Positions 42,914-53,847 of a DNA stretch of 64,000 nucleotides are shown piece after piece (the first letter of the stretch is position 1; every line of letters starts with the position of its first letter). A program made the position numbers and the translations under genes. The notes beneath the pieces were generated by a model. It did not search any database. It had not been told where the DNA came from and saw only the letters and a program-made list of their open reading frames with translations. The stretch is taken from assembly GCA_963844835.1 (NCBI GenBank), contig CAWJPT010000017.1, forward strand, positions 11,433-75,432, written 5' to 3'. The DNA is from an uncultured bacterium. GTDB taxonomy: Bacteria; Actinomycetota; Acidimicrobiia; Spongiisociales; UBA5794.

Positions 42914-44304
42914 CCACGTCCGTCGGCGCCCATCGCACGTGGCCCGGTGAGCCCCGACTTCTGTCAGCTCTCAGTGCTCTCCGTGATGTCCTGGTCCAGA
43001 CGGCGGTTCGCATCACAAGCACCGCGGTGGCGAGCACGCCGAGACAGCCGATGATGTACACGGTCTTCAGCCCGATCCACTGGGCGACGGCACCGCCGAG
43101 AGCGGCGCCGATGGGGATGAGCGACCAGCTGATGGTACGCGAGGCGGAGGCGACTCGCCCCAGCTTCTCAGGGGGCGAGATCCGCTGCCTCATCGTGACG
43201 ATGGCGATGTTGGCGAAGCCGACCCCGCCGATGCCGATGCCGGCTGGCACGAACCCCCAGAAGCTGTTGGACAGCGCCATCGTTATGAAGCCGGCGCCAA
43301 AGAGAATCAACCCCACCGTGAACATGCGGCCCAGGTGGACGCGAGCTGCGATGCGAGGTCCGAGGACGATGAGGGCACTGCCGACGGCCGCCTGCAGGCC
43401 GATGAACAATCCCACCTGGGCAGCGTCGGTGAAGAGGAACTGGAGGAAATGGGGTGCCTTGATGCCGCTATCCAGGTAGTCCGTGATATAGAGAGGCAAC
43501 AGAGCCTCGAGCGGGGCGAATACCAGATTGACGATGGCGGCTCCCAAGGTGACCCAGCGCAGCTGTGCATGGCGTAACAGGAACCCGACACCCGCAGCGC
43601 AGCGCGGTGAGGAATCGTTCCGTTGTCTCCACCGTGACCTTGCTGCGCACGCGCACACCTGAGAGATAGAAGGCCGAGACAAGGAACGTCGCTCCGTTTG
43701 CTGCAAAGGCGACCGGGAACCCACCGCCGACGGAGATCAATACGCCTCCCAATGCGGGGCCGAAGGCAAAAGCCGCGGTTCTGGCCAGCGCAAGGTGTGA
43801 ATTGACGGTGACGAGATGCTCCTCCGGTATCACAGAGGGCAACAACGCTTCGAGCCCGCTATTGAAGAAGGTGGCGAGGGAACCGACGATGAATGCCGCC
43901 AGGAACACCATCCAGGTGGTGGCGACATTTGCGGCCGCGCCCATGGCAAGCAAGAAGAAGGCGACGGCCCGCAACATGTCCGCCCCGATGAGGATGGGTT
44001 TGATGGCAAACCGGTCGAGGAAGACGCCTGCGGTGAACCCAAAGAGCACGGTCGGGATCGTCTCGGCGGCGGATGTCAAGCCGAGGTCCAGCGCACGTCC
44101 GGTGAGGTGAACGACGAACAGCGGCATCGTCACGTAAGCGATGTAGTCGCCGAGCAGGGACACCGCTTGGCTCCAGACGATCGGCCGGGAGCGATGTCGG
44201 CTTCCGCTGAGGTCCCGCAGCGTGCTCAGATCGGGGGGCTCGACGAAAGGCATTGCTCCGGCATCATAACGACCTTCGGGGACTTGAAGCAGTTCGCCCG
44301 ACAC
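42825..44304 (-). CDS. MFS transporter (frame break about 43598)
   Basis: Two minus-strand ORFs join at ..TERFLTALR|AGVGFLLRHAQLRW.. About 12 TM helices in total. Motif-A-like GVFLDRFAIKP. Confidence 0.8.
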
Positions 44305-44425
44305 CGTGTCGGGCTAGTGGCGGGGTGGTGTGAACCAAAGCGATGGCCAAGGCGGTCATAGAATCGGTTAGCCTCAGGGATGGTTCCCTGCGGGGACGTA
44401 ACCGAGTCGATACAGAGGATTGTCC

Positions 44426-44746
44426 ATGGCGGGTCCATCAGAGCTGCCCCAGTTGGTAACCGAGTTCGTCGACATGTCGAAGGAGTACCTCCGGCAGGAA
44501 ACGCTCGAGCCCGCCAAACGGTTGGGACGTTTCGCCGGTTTCACGATCGCGGCATCATTGGTGTTTGCGATCGGTGGCCTACTGCTTGCGATCGCCGCGG
44601 TGCGCGGGATCATCTACTTGCTCCCCGATGGGCCCAATTGGTCCGCGCTCGGGTACGTGCTCGGTGCCATCCTCATAGGGGTGGTCATCGGGGTGATCAT
44701 CGCCGTCGCCGGCCGCGATGGCGCATCTGGAGACAGGAGGGCCTGA
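44426..44746 (+). CDS. small membrane protein, actinobacterial holin-X (holin superfamily III)-like, 106 aa
   Basis: ATG 44426 after AGAGGA. Amphipathic N-terminus (LVTEFVDMSKEYLRQETLEPAKR), then two TM helices. Family assignment is from memory of Pfam Phage_holin_3_6 topology, not from a search. Confidence 0.55.
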   Translation: MAGPSELPQLVTEFVDMSKEYLRQETLEPAKRLGRFAGFTIAASLVFAIGGLLLAIAAVRGIIYLLPDGPNWSALGYVLGAILIGVVIGVIIAVAGRDGASGDRRA

Positions 44747-44748
44747 GG

Positions 44749-44946
44749 ATGGCGATTGAACGGGCTGATCTCGAGGCCAAGTTGCGGGAAATCGAGGGAA
44801 TCGTCGAGGAGACCAAGAGTCAAGCTCAGACAACCGGCACCGCAATAGCGATAGTGGCCGTAGTGGCTGTTGTCCTCATCTTCCTATTCGGCAAGCGGCG
44901 CGGAAGGAAGAAGAGCGGAGCTCGCGTCGAGATCTACCGCGTCTGA
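44749..44946 (+). CDS. tail-anchored micro-protein (65 aa)
   Basis: ATG 2 nt after the preceding stop, with GAGG upstream. MAIERADLEAKLREIEGIVEETKSQAQ.. then TM AIAIVAVVAVVLIFLF and a basic tail. Confidence 0.5.
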   Translation: MAIERADLEAKLREIEGIVEETKSQAQTTGTAIAIVAVVAVVLIFLFGKRRGRKKSGARVEIYRV

Positions 44947-45170
44947 TGTTCCAGAAGTTCGTCTCCCTTGGTGTGAAGTCCCTGTTCGGGGGTGCTCGCC
45001 GCGGACAGCCGCTCGTGGCTGCGCTCGGCGCCGCGATCTCGATCTGGGGTCTGTTCCGTCGTTTCAGCCGTGACGAGAAGCCCGTGTACTCGCGTACGCT
45101 CGCCGACGGCGAGTCGCTGCGCATCGTCCAGCGGCGTGGCGGTCAGCCGGTCGTAGAAGAGGAGGCGTAG
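44946..45170 (+). CDS. small protein (74 aa), one hydrophobic segment
   Basis: ATG overlaps the previous stop (TGATG). ..GQPLVAALGAAISIWGLF.. Confidence 0.45.
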   Translation: MFQKFVSLGVKSLFGGARRGQPLVAALGAAISIWGLFRRFSRDEKPVYSRTLADGESLRIVQRRGGQPVVEEEA

Positions 45171-45272
45171 GTGTTCAGGAATCGCGAGCTGTTCATCAAG
45201 ATCGTCGTCTGGTTCGTGGTGCTGGCGATGGTATTCGCGCTTGCCGCCTCGCTGTTCTCTGCCTTGAGCTGA
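45171..45272 (+). CDS. possible 33-aa single-TM micro-protein
   Basis: GTG immediately after the preceding TAG, with GAGGAGG 5-11 nt upstream. VFRNRELFIKIVVWFVVLAMVFALAASLFSALS*. Ends 4 nt before trmI. Confidence 0.35.
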   Translation: MFRNRELFIKIVVWFVVLAMVFALAASLFSALS

Positions 45273-45276
45273 ACTC

Positions 45277-46065
45277 ATGGCCCGATTCAAAGCGGGTGAG
45301 GCCTGCCTCCTGTTTGATCGCAAGGGGCGTCGCTATCTCATCGAGTTGGTTCCCGGAGCGGAGTTCCATCATCACCATGGCAAGCTGCCTCACGACGAGA
45401 TCATCGGTAGCGAGGAAGGCATCACGCTGAAGTCGTCGATGGGACGCAGCCTCACCGTGCTCAGGCCCCGCCTTGCAGACTTCGCTCTGAAGATGCCGCG
45501 AGGCGCAGCCGTCGTGTACCCAAAGGACGTGGGTGCCATCATCGTGTGGGCCGATATCAAGCCGGGCAACACGGTTGTTGAGGCAGGTACCGGGTCCGGT
45601 GCCCTGACCATGGCGTTGTCCCGGGCGGTGGGAGATTCGGGGAGGGTGATCTCGTACGAAGTGCGTGAAGACCACGCCACGCTTGCGGCGAAGCGAATCC
45701 GCGGTTTCTTCGGCTCCATCCCGGACAACATCGAACTGCGGGTGGGCTCGGTCGAAGCCGGCCTGGAGGATCTCACGCCCGACCGCATTGTGCTCGATCT
45801 CCCCGAGCCATGGCATGCTGTGCCACTCGCCGCCGGCAACCTCGCCCCGGGTGGGATCTTCTGCTGCTACCTACCGACCGTGCCACAGGTGCAGACGGTG
45901 CGGGAGGCGATCGGGGACTCGGGCGGCTTCCTCGACGTCATGACCTTCGAGATCATGATGCGGGAGTGGTCGGTGGACGGCCGTTCGGTGAGGCCGAGCC
46001 ACCGCATGATCGGCCATACCGGATTCATAACAATCGCCCGCAAGCGTCAGCCTGCGGGCGATTGA
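45277..46065 (+). CDS. trmI: tRNA (adenine58-N1)-methyltransferase TrmI
   Basis: N-terminal beta domain (FKAGEACLLFDRKGRRYLIELVPG..HHHGKLPHDEIIG). SAM motif VVEAGTGSGALTMAL. DLPEPW. Lies just upstream of the arc cluster, as in mycobacteria (Rv2118c). Confidence 0.88.
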   Translation: MARFKAGEACLLFDRKGRRYLIELVPGAEFHHHHGKLPHDEIIGSEEGITLKSSMGRSLTVLRPRLADFALKMPRGAAVVYPKDVGAIIVWADIKPGNTVVEAGTGSGALTMALSRAVGDSGRVISYEVREDHATLAAKRIRGFFGSIPDNIELRVGSVEAGLEDLTPDRIVLDLPEPWHAVPLAAGNLAPGGIFCCYLPTVPQVQTVREAIGDSGGFLDVMTFEIMMREWSVDGRSVRPSHRMIGHTGFITIARKRQPAGD

Positions 46066-46084
46066 TCGACATCGTATTTCGAAG

Positions 46085-46330
46085 TTACGGCTCGACGAAG
46101 ATGCACTCGCCTGGGCATTCCTCAGCGGCTTCCACCACGAGATCTACCTGACCTTCGGGAATCTCCGCGAGGCCTTCAGCGCCCTCGGAGTTGCCCTCGG
46201 ATGCGGCGAAGATCTTGTCACCCTCGCGCACATAGGCGAGACCGTCGTCGAGCAGAACGAACACATCGGGTGCGATCTCTTCGCAGAGTCCGTCCCCCGT
46301 GCACAGGTCCTGGTCGATCCAGACTTTCAT
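46085..46330 (-). CDS. small single-cluster ferredoxin
   Basis: MKVWIDQDLCTGDGLCEEIAPDVF...ECPGECIFVEP (CxxxxxC...CP cluster ligands). 81 aa. Confidence 0.85.
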   Translation of the reverse strand: MKVWIDQDLCTGDGLCEEIAPDVFVLLDDGLAYVREGDKIFAASEGNSEGAEGLAEIPEGQVDLVVEAAEECPGECIFVEP

Positions 46331-46361
46331 GAGTTCCCTTTCGCAGGTTGATTAGCGGGCA

Positions 46362-46389
46362 ATTGTAACTACCCGTTGCGAGTTTCCAA
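46362..46389 (-). promoter_or_regulatory. sigma-70-like promoter for the ferredoxin gene (TTGGAA-N16-TACAAT on the minus strand)
   Basis: Complement of ttccaa (46384-46389) and attgta (46362-46367). About 30 nt upstream of the ATG, with GAAAGGG as RBS. Confidence 0.4.
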
Positions 46390-46562
46390 GGCACCCACTG
46401 TAGAGCACGTCGTCGGTTTTCAACGCCGATCGGTCGGCTCGCAGGCGCACAACGGCGTGACCGTCATCTGACCCACACAGTGGCTGATACCTTGATCGGG
46501 ACGGGGTCGCTATGGCTTTAGCGGGCCTACACTGAAAACAGAGAACATGTTGGGAGCCAGAC

Positions 46563-48281
46563 GTGGACGACTCCGGTAAGAACGAGAACCTGCAAACGAC
46601 GGTGCGCATGCTCGAGGAGGAGATCGCCGTGTTGCGGCGACGCCTCCAAGACGCACCGCGTCGGGTCCGGGTTCTCGAAGAGCGTCTACTCGAGAGCAGA
46701 AACAAGCTGGCGCAGGCGGCAGGGCAGAACCAGAAACTCGCCGCGGCCCTCGAGGAGACCCGCGAGCAACTCGCATTGCTCCGCGACGAGGTCGAGAAGC
46801 TCACCGCGCCGCCCAATCCATTCGGCGTCGTGCTGGGTGTCAACGACGACGGCACGGCAGACGTGTACACCGCCAACCGCAAGCTGCGGGTGAACGTCGA
46901 GCCGAACCTCGAGATCAAGGCGCTCGAGATCGGCCAGGAAGTGCTCTTGAACGAGTCGTACAACATCGTCGATGTCAGATCTTTCGACGGTGGTGGAGAG
47001 GTCGTCGCCATCAAGGAGTCGCTCGGTGATGGCAGGCTGCTCGTGCTGGGACGCGCCGACGAGGAACGTGTGGTTGAGCTGGGGGCGCCGCTGCGTCACG
47101 AGCAGCTACGCGCAGGCGATCATGTCCGAATCGAGCCGAAGACGGGTTTGGTCCTGGAGAGATTGGTGCGGCCCGAGGTCGAGGAACTGGTACTCGAAGA
47201 GGTTCCCGATGTCACCTACGAGGAGATCGGCGGTCTGGAATCGCAGATCGAGACCATCAGGGACGCCGTGGAGCTTCCCTACCTCTACAAGGAGCGGTTC
47301 CAGGAATACAGCCTGCCCCCGCCCAAGGGTGTGCTCCTCTATGGGCCTCCAGGATGCGGCAAGACGCTCATTGCAAAAGCGGTAGCCAACAGCCTCGCCC
47401 AAGCGGTGGGTGAGAAAGAGGGCGACGCCGACGTCCGGTCATACTTCCTCAACATCAAGGGCCCCGAGCTGCTCAATAAGTACGTTGGCGAGACGGAGCG
47501 CCAGATCCGGCTGATCTTCCAACGGGCTAAGGAGAAGTCGGACGAGGGCGTTCCCGTGATCGTCTTCTTCGATGAGATGGACTCTCTGTTCCGTACCAGG
47601 GGCACCGGAGTGTCATCAGACGTCGAGTCGACGATCGTGCCTCAGCTCCTCTCCGAGCTCGACGGTGTCGAATCGTTGAAGAATGTGATCGTGATCGGTG
47701 CCTCCAACCGTGAGGACCTCATTGATCCTGCGATTCTGCGGCCGGGGCGTCTCGACGTGAAGGTGAAGATCGACAGGCCCGGCCCCGAAGCTGCGAGGCG
47801 CATCTTCGAGATCTACCTCAAGCCGGATCTACCATTTGCGGCGAGCTCGCTGGCCGAGCACAACGGTGATGCGAACTCGCTGATCAAGACGATGGTCGAT
47901 CGGGTTGTCGATCGGATGTATGCAGAATCCGAAGAGAACCGCTTCCTCGAGGTCACCTACGCCAACGGCGATCGGGAGACTCTGTACTTCAAGGACTTTG
48001 CCAGCGGTGCGATGGTGGAGAACATCGTGCGCCGTGCCAAGAAGGATGCCATCAAGAACGAGATCGCCGGCGAGCCGCCGGGCCTGCACGAGCGGTATCT
48101 CATCGATGCCATCGTCCAGGAGTTCCGTGAGCACGAAGACCTTCCGAACACCACGAATCCCGACGACTGGGCCCGCATCTCCGGCAAGAAGGGGGAGCGG
48201 ATCGTCTACGTACGCACCCTCATCGAGGGCGAGGGTGAGAGTCGCTCCATCGAAGCCGTGACGCCCGGACAATATCTGTGA
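46563..48281 (+). CDS. arc: proteasome-associated AAA ATPase ARC/Mpa
   Basis: N-terminal coiled coil. Walker [14 protein letters not shown], Walker [11 protein letters not shown]-terminal proteasome-docking ..TPGQYL*. Confidence 0.96.
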   Translation: MDDSGKNENLQTTVRMLEEEIAVLRRRLQDAPRRVRVLEERLLESRNKLAQAAGQNQKLAAALEETREQLALLRDEVEKLTAPPNPFGVVLGVNDDGTADVYTANRKLRVNVEPNLEIKALEIGQEVLLNESYNIVDVRSFDGGGEVVAIKESLGDGRLLVLGRADEERVVELGAPLRHEQLRAGDHVRIEPKTGLVLERLVRPEVEELVLEEVPDVTYEEIGGLESQIETIRDAVELPYLYKERFQEYSLPPPKGVLLYGPPGCGKTLIAKAVANSLAQAVGEKEGDADVRSYFLNIKGPELLNKYVGETERQIRLIFQRAKEKSDEGVPVIVFFDEMDSLFRTRGTGVSSDVESTIVPQLLSELDGVESLKNVIVIGASNREDLIDPAILRPGRLDVKVKIDRPGPEAARRIFEIYLKPDLPFAASSLAEHNGDANSLIKTMVDRVVDRMYAESEENRFLEVTYANGDRETLYFKDFASGAMVENIVRRAKKDAIKNEIAGEPPGLHERYLIDAIVQEFREHEDLPNTTNPDDWARISGKKGERIVYVRTLIEGEGESRSIEAVTPGQYL

Positions 48282-49774
48282 CCCATACGACGGTGACACA
48301 GACGGTTCTGGGCACCGAAACGGAATTCGGGATCACCATCCTCAACCAGCACGACTTCAACCCGGTGTCGGCGGCATCCACGTTGGTCAACTCATACGCG
48401 GGCAGCCGGGCACGGATCAGGTGGTCATTCGACGAGGAGACTCCCGGTAGGGATGCTCGTGGTTTCGGCTACGACCTGAGCCCCGCATACGATCTGGAGT
48501 CGGGTCTGGTCAACGTCGTGCTCGGCAACGGCGCTCGCTTCTACGTCGACCATGCCCACCCGGAGTACTCGAGCCCTGAGTGCGCCAGTCCGCTGCAGGC
48601 AGCTCTATATGACAAGGCTGGAGAGGTCGTGCTCGCCCATGCGGTGCGGGCGGCTCAGGAGCTGCTGGAGCCAGGGCAGCGCTTCATGATCCACAAGAAC
48701 AACAGCGACGGTAAAGGCAACTCGTACGGTGCCCACGAGAACTATCTAATCTCGAGGTCGTTGCCGTTCGGGCAGATCGTGGATCACATGACGGCGTTCT
48801 TCGTCACCAGGCAGATCTTCACCGGGTCCGGCAAGGTGGGAGCGGAGAACGGTCGGCCCAGGGTCGATTACCAGATCACCCAGCGCGCCGACTTCTTCGA
48901 GGAAGAGGTGGGGCTGGAGACCACCTTGAAACGGCCGATCATCAACACGAGGGATGAGCCGCACGCCGACGCTGCCAAGTACCGCCGCCTGCATGTGATC
49001 ATCGGTGACGCCAATCTCTCCGAAGTGCAGACCTTCCTCAAGCTCGGGGCCACCGCGGCCATGCTGCATGCGGTGGAGGCAGGTGCCATCCCCGAGCCGT
49101 TGCTGCTGGCACGGCCCGTCGAGTCGGTCTGGAGGGTGAGCCACGACGTGGCGCTCGAGATGACTCTGGAGTTGGCGAACGGGAAGACGATCACCGCTCT
49201 CGAGGCGCAGTGGCAATATCTCGAATGGGTTCGCAAATACCTGGCATCAGCGGATGTCGGAGAACACTACGGCGACCTCGTCACCACCTGGGAGGAGATA
49301 TTGACCGACCTGGAACGGGATGTGATCTCCACCGCGGATCGGCTGGATTGGACCGCCAAGTTGCGTGTTTTGGATGGGTACAGGGAGCGCGATGATCTGA
49401 GCTGGGAAGACCCCAAGCTGCGACTGCTCGACCTGCAGTACCACGATGTGGATCCGCAGCGCGGCATCTACAACCGGCTGGTGGCGACGGGCCGGTTCCG
49501 TCGGTTGTTCGAAGACCGCGATATCACCGCGGCCGCACATCGTCCTCCCGACGAGACGAGAGCCTATTTCCGGGGTGAGTGCGTAACCAGATTCGGCAGT
49601 GCCCTGGTGGCCGCCAACTGGGATTCGCTCGTGTTTGACATCGGTGAGGCCGCCCTCCGGCGGGTGCCTATGATGGAGCCACTTCGCGGTGGCAAGGATC
49701 GCGTCGGCGAATTGCTCGATCGAGTAGCTACGCCCGCAGAATTGATACGGGCGCTTGGAGGCGACAATGACTGA
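48278..49774 (+). CDS. dop: Pup deamidase/depupylase Dop
   Basis: GTG overlaps the arc stop (GTGA). [46 protein letters not shown]. 498 aa, intact. Confidence 0.95.
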   Translation: MTHTTVTQTVLGTETEFGITILNQHDFNPVSAASTLVNSYAGSRARIRWSFDEETPGRDARGFGYDLSPAYDLESGLVNVVLGNGARFYVDHAHPEYSSPECASPLQAALYDKAGEVVLAHAVRAAQELLEPGQRFMIHKNNSDGKGNSYGAHENYLISRSLPFGQIVDHMTAFFVTRQIFTGSGKVGAENGRPRVDYQITQRADFFEEEVGLETTLKRPIINTRDEPHADAAKYRRLHVIIGDANLSEVQTFLKLGATAAMLHAVEAGAIPEPLLLARPVESVWRVSHDVALEMTLELANGKTITALEAQWQYLEWVRKYLASADVGEHYGDLVTTWEEILTDLERDVISTADRLDWTAKLRVLDGYRERDDLSWEDPKLRLLDLQYHDVDPQRGIYNRLVATGRFRRLFEDRDITAAAHRPPDETRAYFRGECVTRFGSALVAANWDSLVFDIGEAALRRVPMMEPLRGGKDRVGELLDRVATPAELIRALGGDND

Positions 49775-49955
49775 AAGAGAGCGCAGGCAAACCGGTTCGC
49801 GCGAGTCAGATGAGGCCGTCGAAGACATCTCGGGCAGCGAACAGACTGAGGAGCTCACCGATCGGATCGACGACATCCTCGACGAGATCGACACCGTACT
49901 CGAAGAAAATGCCGAAGAGTTCGTCAAGAACTACGTCCAGAAAGGCGGAGAGTGA
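49767..49955 (+). CDS. pup: prokaryotic ubiquitin-like protein Pup (C-terminal GGE)
   Basis: ATG 49767 after GGAGG. ..TDRIDDILDEIDTVLEENAEEFVKNYVQKGGE*. Confidence 0.95.
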   Translation: MTERERRQTGSRESDEAVEDISGSEQTEELTDRIDDILDEIDTVLEENAEEFVKNYVQKGGE

Positions 49956-50752
49956 GCGACGGTCATCCATGGCGCGGTGACCTGCTGCCGCTAGACGTTG
50001 TCAGCCCGGGTGCCAGCTTCCAGTCCCTCCTCGAATCACAGGGGCTCGCTCCCACATGGGCAACGTCGGGGACAGGTCACATCGATGCGCCAGAAGCCAC
50101 CACAGTCCTGGCAATCCGCTACAGCGACGGTGTCATCATGGCGGGTGACCGCAGGGCAACTGCAGGCAATGTGATCGCCCATCGCAGAGTCAAGAAGGTA
50201 TACCCGGCAGACGAGTACTCCGCGGTCGCCATCTCGGGTACCGCCGGCATGGCCATCGAGCTGACCAAGCTGTTCCAGACAGAGCTGGAGCACTACGAGA
50301 AGATCGAAGGAATGCGGCTGAGCCTCGAGGGCAAGGCGAACTTCCTGGCCCGTATGGTGCGCGGCAATCTCTCGCTGGCGTTTCAAGGCCTAGTCGTCGT
50401 GCCGCTGTTCTGTGGCTACGACGAGCTGAGCAAGGTGGGCCGGCTCTACACATTCGACGTTGTCGGCGGCCGTTACGAGGAGCAGGATTACGCCGCAACC
50501 GGCTCCGGTGGGGCAGAGGCGAAGTCGTTCATCAAGGGTGTCTACGAGGACGAGCTCAGCGAAGACCGCACCGTCGAGATCGCGGTCGAGGCTCTGGTGG
50601 CGGCAGCGGAGGAGGACGCCGCGACCGGCGGCCCCGATCTTCGTCGCGGCATCTACCCGAACGTAGTCATCATCAACGAGAACGGGATAAGCGAGGCTGC
50701 CGATGAGCGTGTCGGCGAGGTGGCATCCCGGGTGATGGGAGGTCGGCCATGA
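49952..50752 (+). CDS. prcB: 20S proteasome beta subunit
   Basis: GTG overlaps the pup stop. The propeptide ends before the catalytic Thr (..PEATTVLAIRYSDGVIMAGDRRAT). Confidence 0.95.
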   Translation: MSDGHPWRGDLLPLDVVSPGASFQSLLESQGLAPTWATSGTGHIDAPEATTVLAIRYSDGVIMAGDRRATAGNVIAHRRVKKVYPADEYSAVAISGTAGMAIELTKLFQTELEHYEKIEGMRLSLEGKANFLARMVRGNLSLAFQGLVVVPLFCGYDELSKVGRLYTFDVVGGRYEEQDYAATGSGGAEAKSFIKGVYEDELSEDRTVEIAVEALVAAAEEDAATGGPDLRRGIYPNVVIINENGISEAADERVGEVASRVMGGRP

Positions 50753-51436
50753 GCATGCCGTTCTATGTCCCCCCCGAGCAGCTCACCAAGGACCGTGCAG
50801 ACTTCGCCAGAAAGGGTATCGCAAGGGGCAGGCCGATCATCGTCATCGAGTACACAGACGGTGTTCTCCTCATGGGCGAGAACCCGAGTGGCTCGTTGCA
50901 CAAGACGAGTGAGATCTACGACAGGATCGGGTTCGCCGGAGTCGGCAGATTCAACGAGTTCGAGATGCTGCGAGTCGCCGGGATCAGGTACGCCGACCTG
51001 AAGGGTTACTCGTACGAGCGTGGCGACGTCACCGCCAAGGGTCTCGCCAACGCCTATGCCCAGACGCTCGGGCAGATCTTCACCCACGAGATGAAGCCAT
51101 ACGAGATCGAGGTGATGATCGCCGAGATCGGCGACGACAGCGGGGACACAGAGATCTACCGGATCCAGTTCGAGGGAACGATGCAGGAAGTCCGCTCGTT
51201 CGGCGCCATGGGCGGCATGGAGGACGAGTTGAGGCAGCGTCTGGAGGCCGCCTACGACGGTCTTCCCGAGCTGGGGGCTGCCGTGCGGATGGCTGCGGAG
51301 ACAATCGAAGGCGGTCATGGAGAGCACGGTCACGCCCGAAGACTGGGAAGCGGCGGTGCTCGATCGGTCGTTGACGAGGAGACGCAAGTTCCGCAGATTG
51401 GAGCCCACCGAGATCGAGGAGCTGCGCTCCCAGTAG
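50749..51436 (+). CDS. prcA: 20S proteasome alpha subunit (frame break near 51313)
   Basis: MSMPFYVPPEQLTKDRADFARKGIARGR.. The listed ORF becomes Arg/Pro-rich nonsense after ..AETIEG. The next frame gives VMESTVTPEDWEAAVLDRSLTRRRKFRRLEPTEIEELRSQ* (TAG 51434-51436). Confidence 0.92.
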
Positions 51437-51505
51437 CTCACCCCCGATCCGTGGTGACCGACATCCGAGACGCAGCGGGCACCTCTAGCCCGCTACTGCA
51501 CTACT

Positions 51506-52871
51506 GTGCAAATCATGCGCCGCAGGATCATCGGAATCGAGAACGAGTACGGGGTAACGTGCGCGCTGCGTGGGCAGCGCCGGCTCTCTCCCGACGAGGT
51601 CGCCCGCTATCTCTTCCGACGTGTGGTCAGCTGGGGTCGCTCATCGAATGTATTCCTCGAGAACGGAGCCCGGCTCTATCTCGATGTCGGGAGCCATCCG
51701 GAGTATGCAACCCCGGAATGCGACAGCCTCTACGACGTCGTCGCCCATGATCGGGCAGGAGAGCGGATCCTCGAAGGGCTCGTCGAGAGCGCCGAGCAGA
51801 GGCTCGAGGACGAGGGGATCCGCGGCCAGATCTACCTGTTCAAGAACAACACGGACTCTGCCGGCAACTCGTACGGATGCCACGAGAACTACCTGGTCGG
51901 TCGTCACGGTGATTTTCAGAAGGTCATCGACACTCTGATCCCGTTCTTCGTCACCCGTCAGATCTTCGCAGGGGCAGGCAAGCTGCTCCACACCGCCCGG
52001 GGGACGATCTTCAGCCTGGCTCAGCGTGCCGAGCACATCTGGGAGGGGATCTCATCGGCGACGACAAGGAGCCGGCCGATCATCAATACCAGGGACGAAC
52101 CGCATGCGGACGCCGAGAAGTACCGCAGGCTGCACGTCATCGCAGGCGACTCCAATATGTCCGAGTACGTCTCCTACGCCAAGCTCGGCACGACCATGGC
52201 ACTGCTACAGATGCTGGAGGACGACATCGTCTTTCGGGATCTGACCCTCGAGAACCCGATTCGCGCCATCCGGGAGATCTCCCACGACATGACCTGCCGG
52301 CGCCGGGTGCGGCTCGTGAACGGCCGCGAGCTCTCTGCGCTCGACATCCAGTGGGAGTACCTCGATCGGGCCATGCGCTACGCCCGTACCACCGGATTCC
52401 CTGCAGAGGTCGAGAGCGCCATCATGATGTGGGAGAAACTGCTGACCGGGCTGGAGAAGGATCCGATGACGCTCTATCGAGAGCTGGATTGGGTGGCGAA
52501 GTACCGGCTCATCGAGCGCTACCGGGAGAAGCACAACCTGGCACTGTCCGACCCGAAGCTCGGGTTGCTCGACCTCACCTACCACGACGTCAATCGGGAG
52601 CGTGGCCTCTACTACCTGCTGGAGCGGCGCGGCGAGATGGAGAGGGTGGTCACAGACGAGAGCGTCACGCAAGCCATGACCGAGCCCCCGCAGACAACGA
52701 GGGCTCGCCTTCGTGGCGAATTCATCAAGGCAGCCAAGGCCCGCAAACGTGATTTCACAGTCGACTGGGTCCACCTCAAGCTGAACGACCAGGCGCAGCG
52801 CACTGTGCTTGTGCAAGGACCCGTTCAAATCAGTTGACGATCGAGTCGAGAAGTTGATCGCCGGTCTGTAG
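51506..52871 (+). CDS. pafA: Pup-protein ligase PafA (frame break near 52808)
   Basis: [44 protein letters not shown]. The C-terminus is restored in the next frame: ..QRTVL|[19 protein letters not shown] (TAG 52869-52871). ATG 51515 is an alternative start. Confidence 0.94.
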
Positions 52872-52925
52872 CCGGGACGGCACAGGGTCATTGCACGAGC
52901 CGCCCCGGGGTCTAATGTCGACGGT

Positions 52926-53847
52926 GTGCAAAAGGTCATAGAACGCATCCTCAATCTGCTCGCCTTCCTGCTCACCGCCGGCCGTCCCGTCACCGCCGAT
53001 GAGATCAGGACGACGGTTGCCGGCTACGACCAGAGCACAGATGACGCGTTCCACCGCATGTTCGAGAGGGACAAGGATCTACTGCGGCGCCTCGGTATCC
53101 CGCTCGAGCTCGCCCCCACCGACGGATGGCAGGTGGAGCACGGCTATATCGTCGATCCGGACGAGTACGCGTTGCCGGACCTCGGGCTCACCGACGAGGA
53201 GCGGGCGGCGCTCTGGCTCGCCGCCGAGGTCGTCCGGGTCGGAGGGGTGGCCGCAGCACCCGAGGCGCTCTTCAAATTGGGAGGGTCGCCTGCCACCGCC
53301 TCGGGTGAACCACTTGCGGCTTCGCTCACCGAGGGCTCAGAGGATCTCGGGGATGCATTCTTGGCGATCGCCGAGCGACACTACATCCGCCTCACCTATC
53401 GGGACCGGCACCGACAGATCGCCCCATACGGCCTGGTGCACCGGCGCGGTCATTGGTATCTGGTTGGTGACGATGACGGAGTCGTCAAGGTGTTTCGCAT
53501 GGACAAAGCGACCGGGGTGTCCGTCGCAGGCGAAGCCGGTGCGTTCACGAGACCGAAGGGATTCCGTGCTGCCGAGTTCATACCGGAGACGCCATGGGAA
53601 GCCGGGTCTGCGGAGCTGATCGCCACGGTGCGCGTGGATGCAGAGCATGGCCTGGTGGGCGCGCCGTCAGATCGGTGGTAGGAGCGAGATCATCGAAGCT
53701 GATGACGGCGGCATCGAAGCCCACCTGCCCGTAGCCAACCCCGAAGCATTCATCGGGTGGTTGCTCTCCTTCGATGACCAGGCGGAGCTGGTCGATCCCC
53801 CCGAGCTGCGGCAACGCCTGATCGCCCGGGTCAAGGAGGGCTCATGA
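52926..53847 (+). CDS. pafB: HTH/WYL-domain transcriptional regulator PafB (frame break near 53646)
   Basis: N-terminal wHTH (ERILNLLAFLLTAGRPVTADEI). WYL region (YGLVHRRGHWYLVG). ..VRVDAE|MAWWARRQIGG.. joins frame 0 to 1. Its stop overlaps the pafC ATG. Confidence 0.88.
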
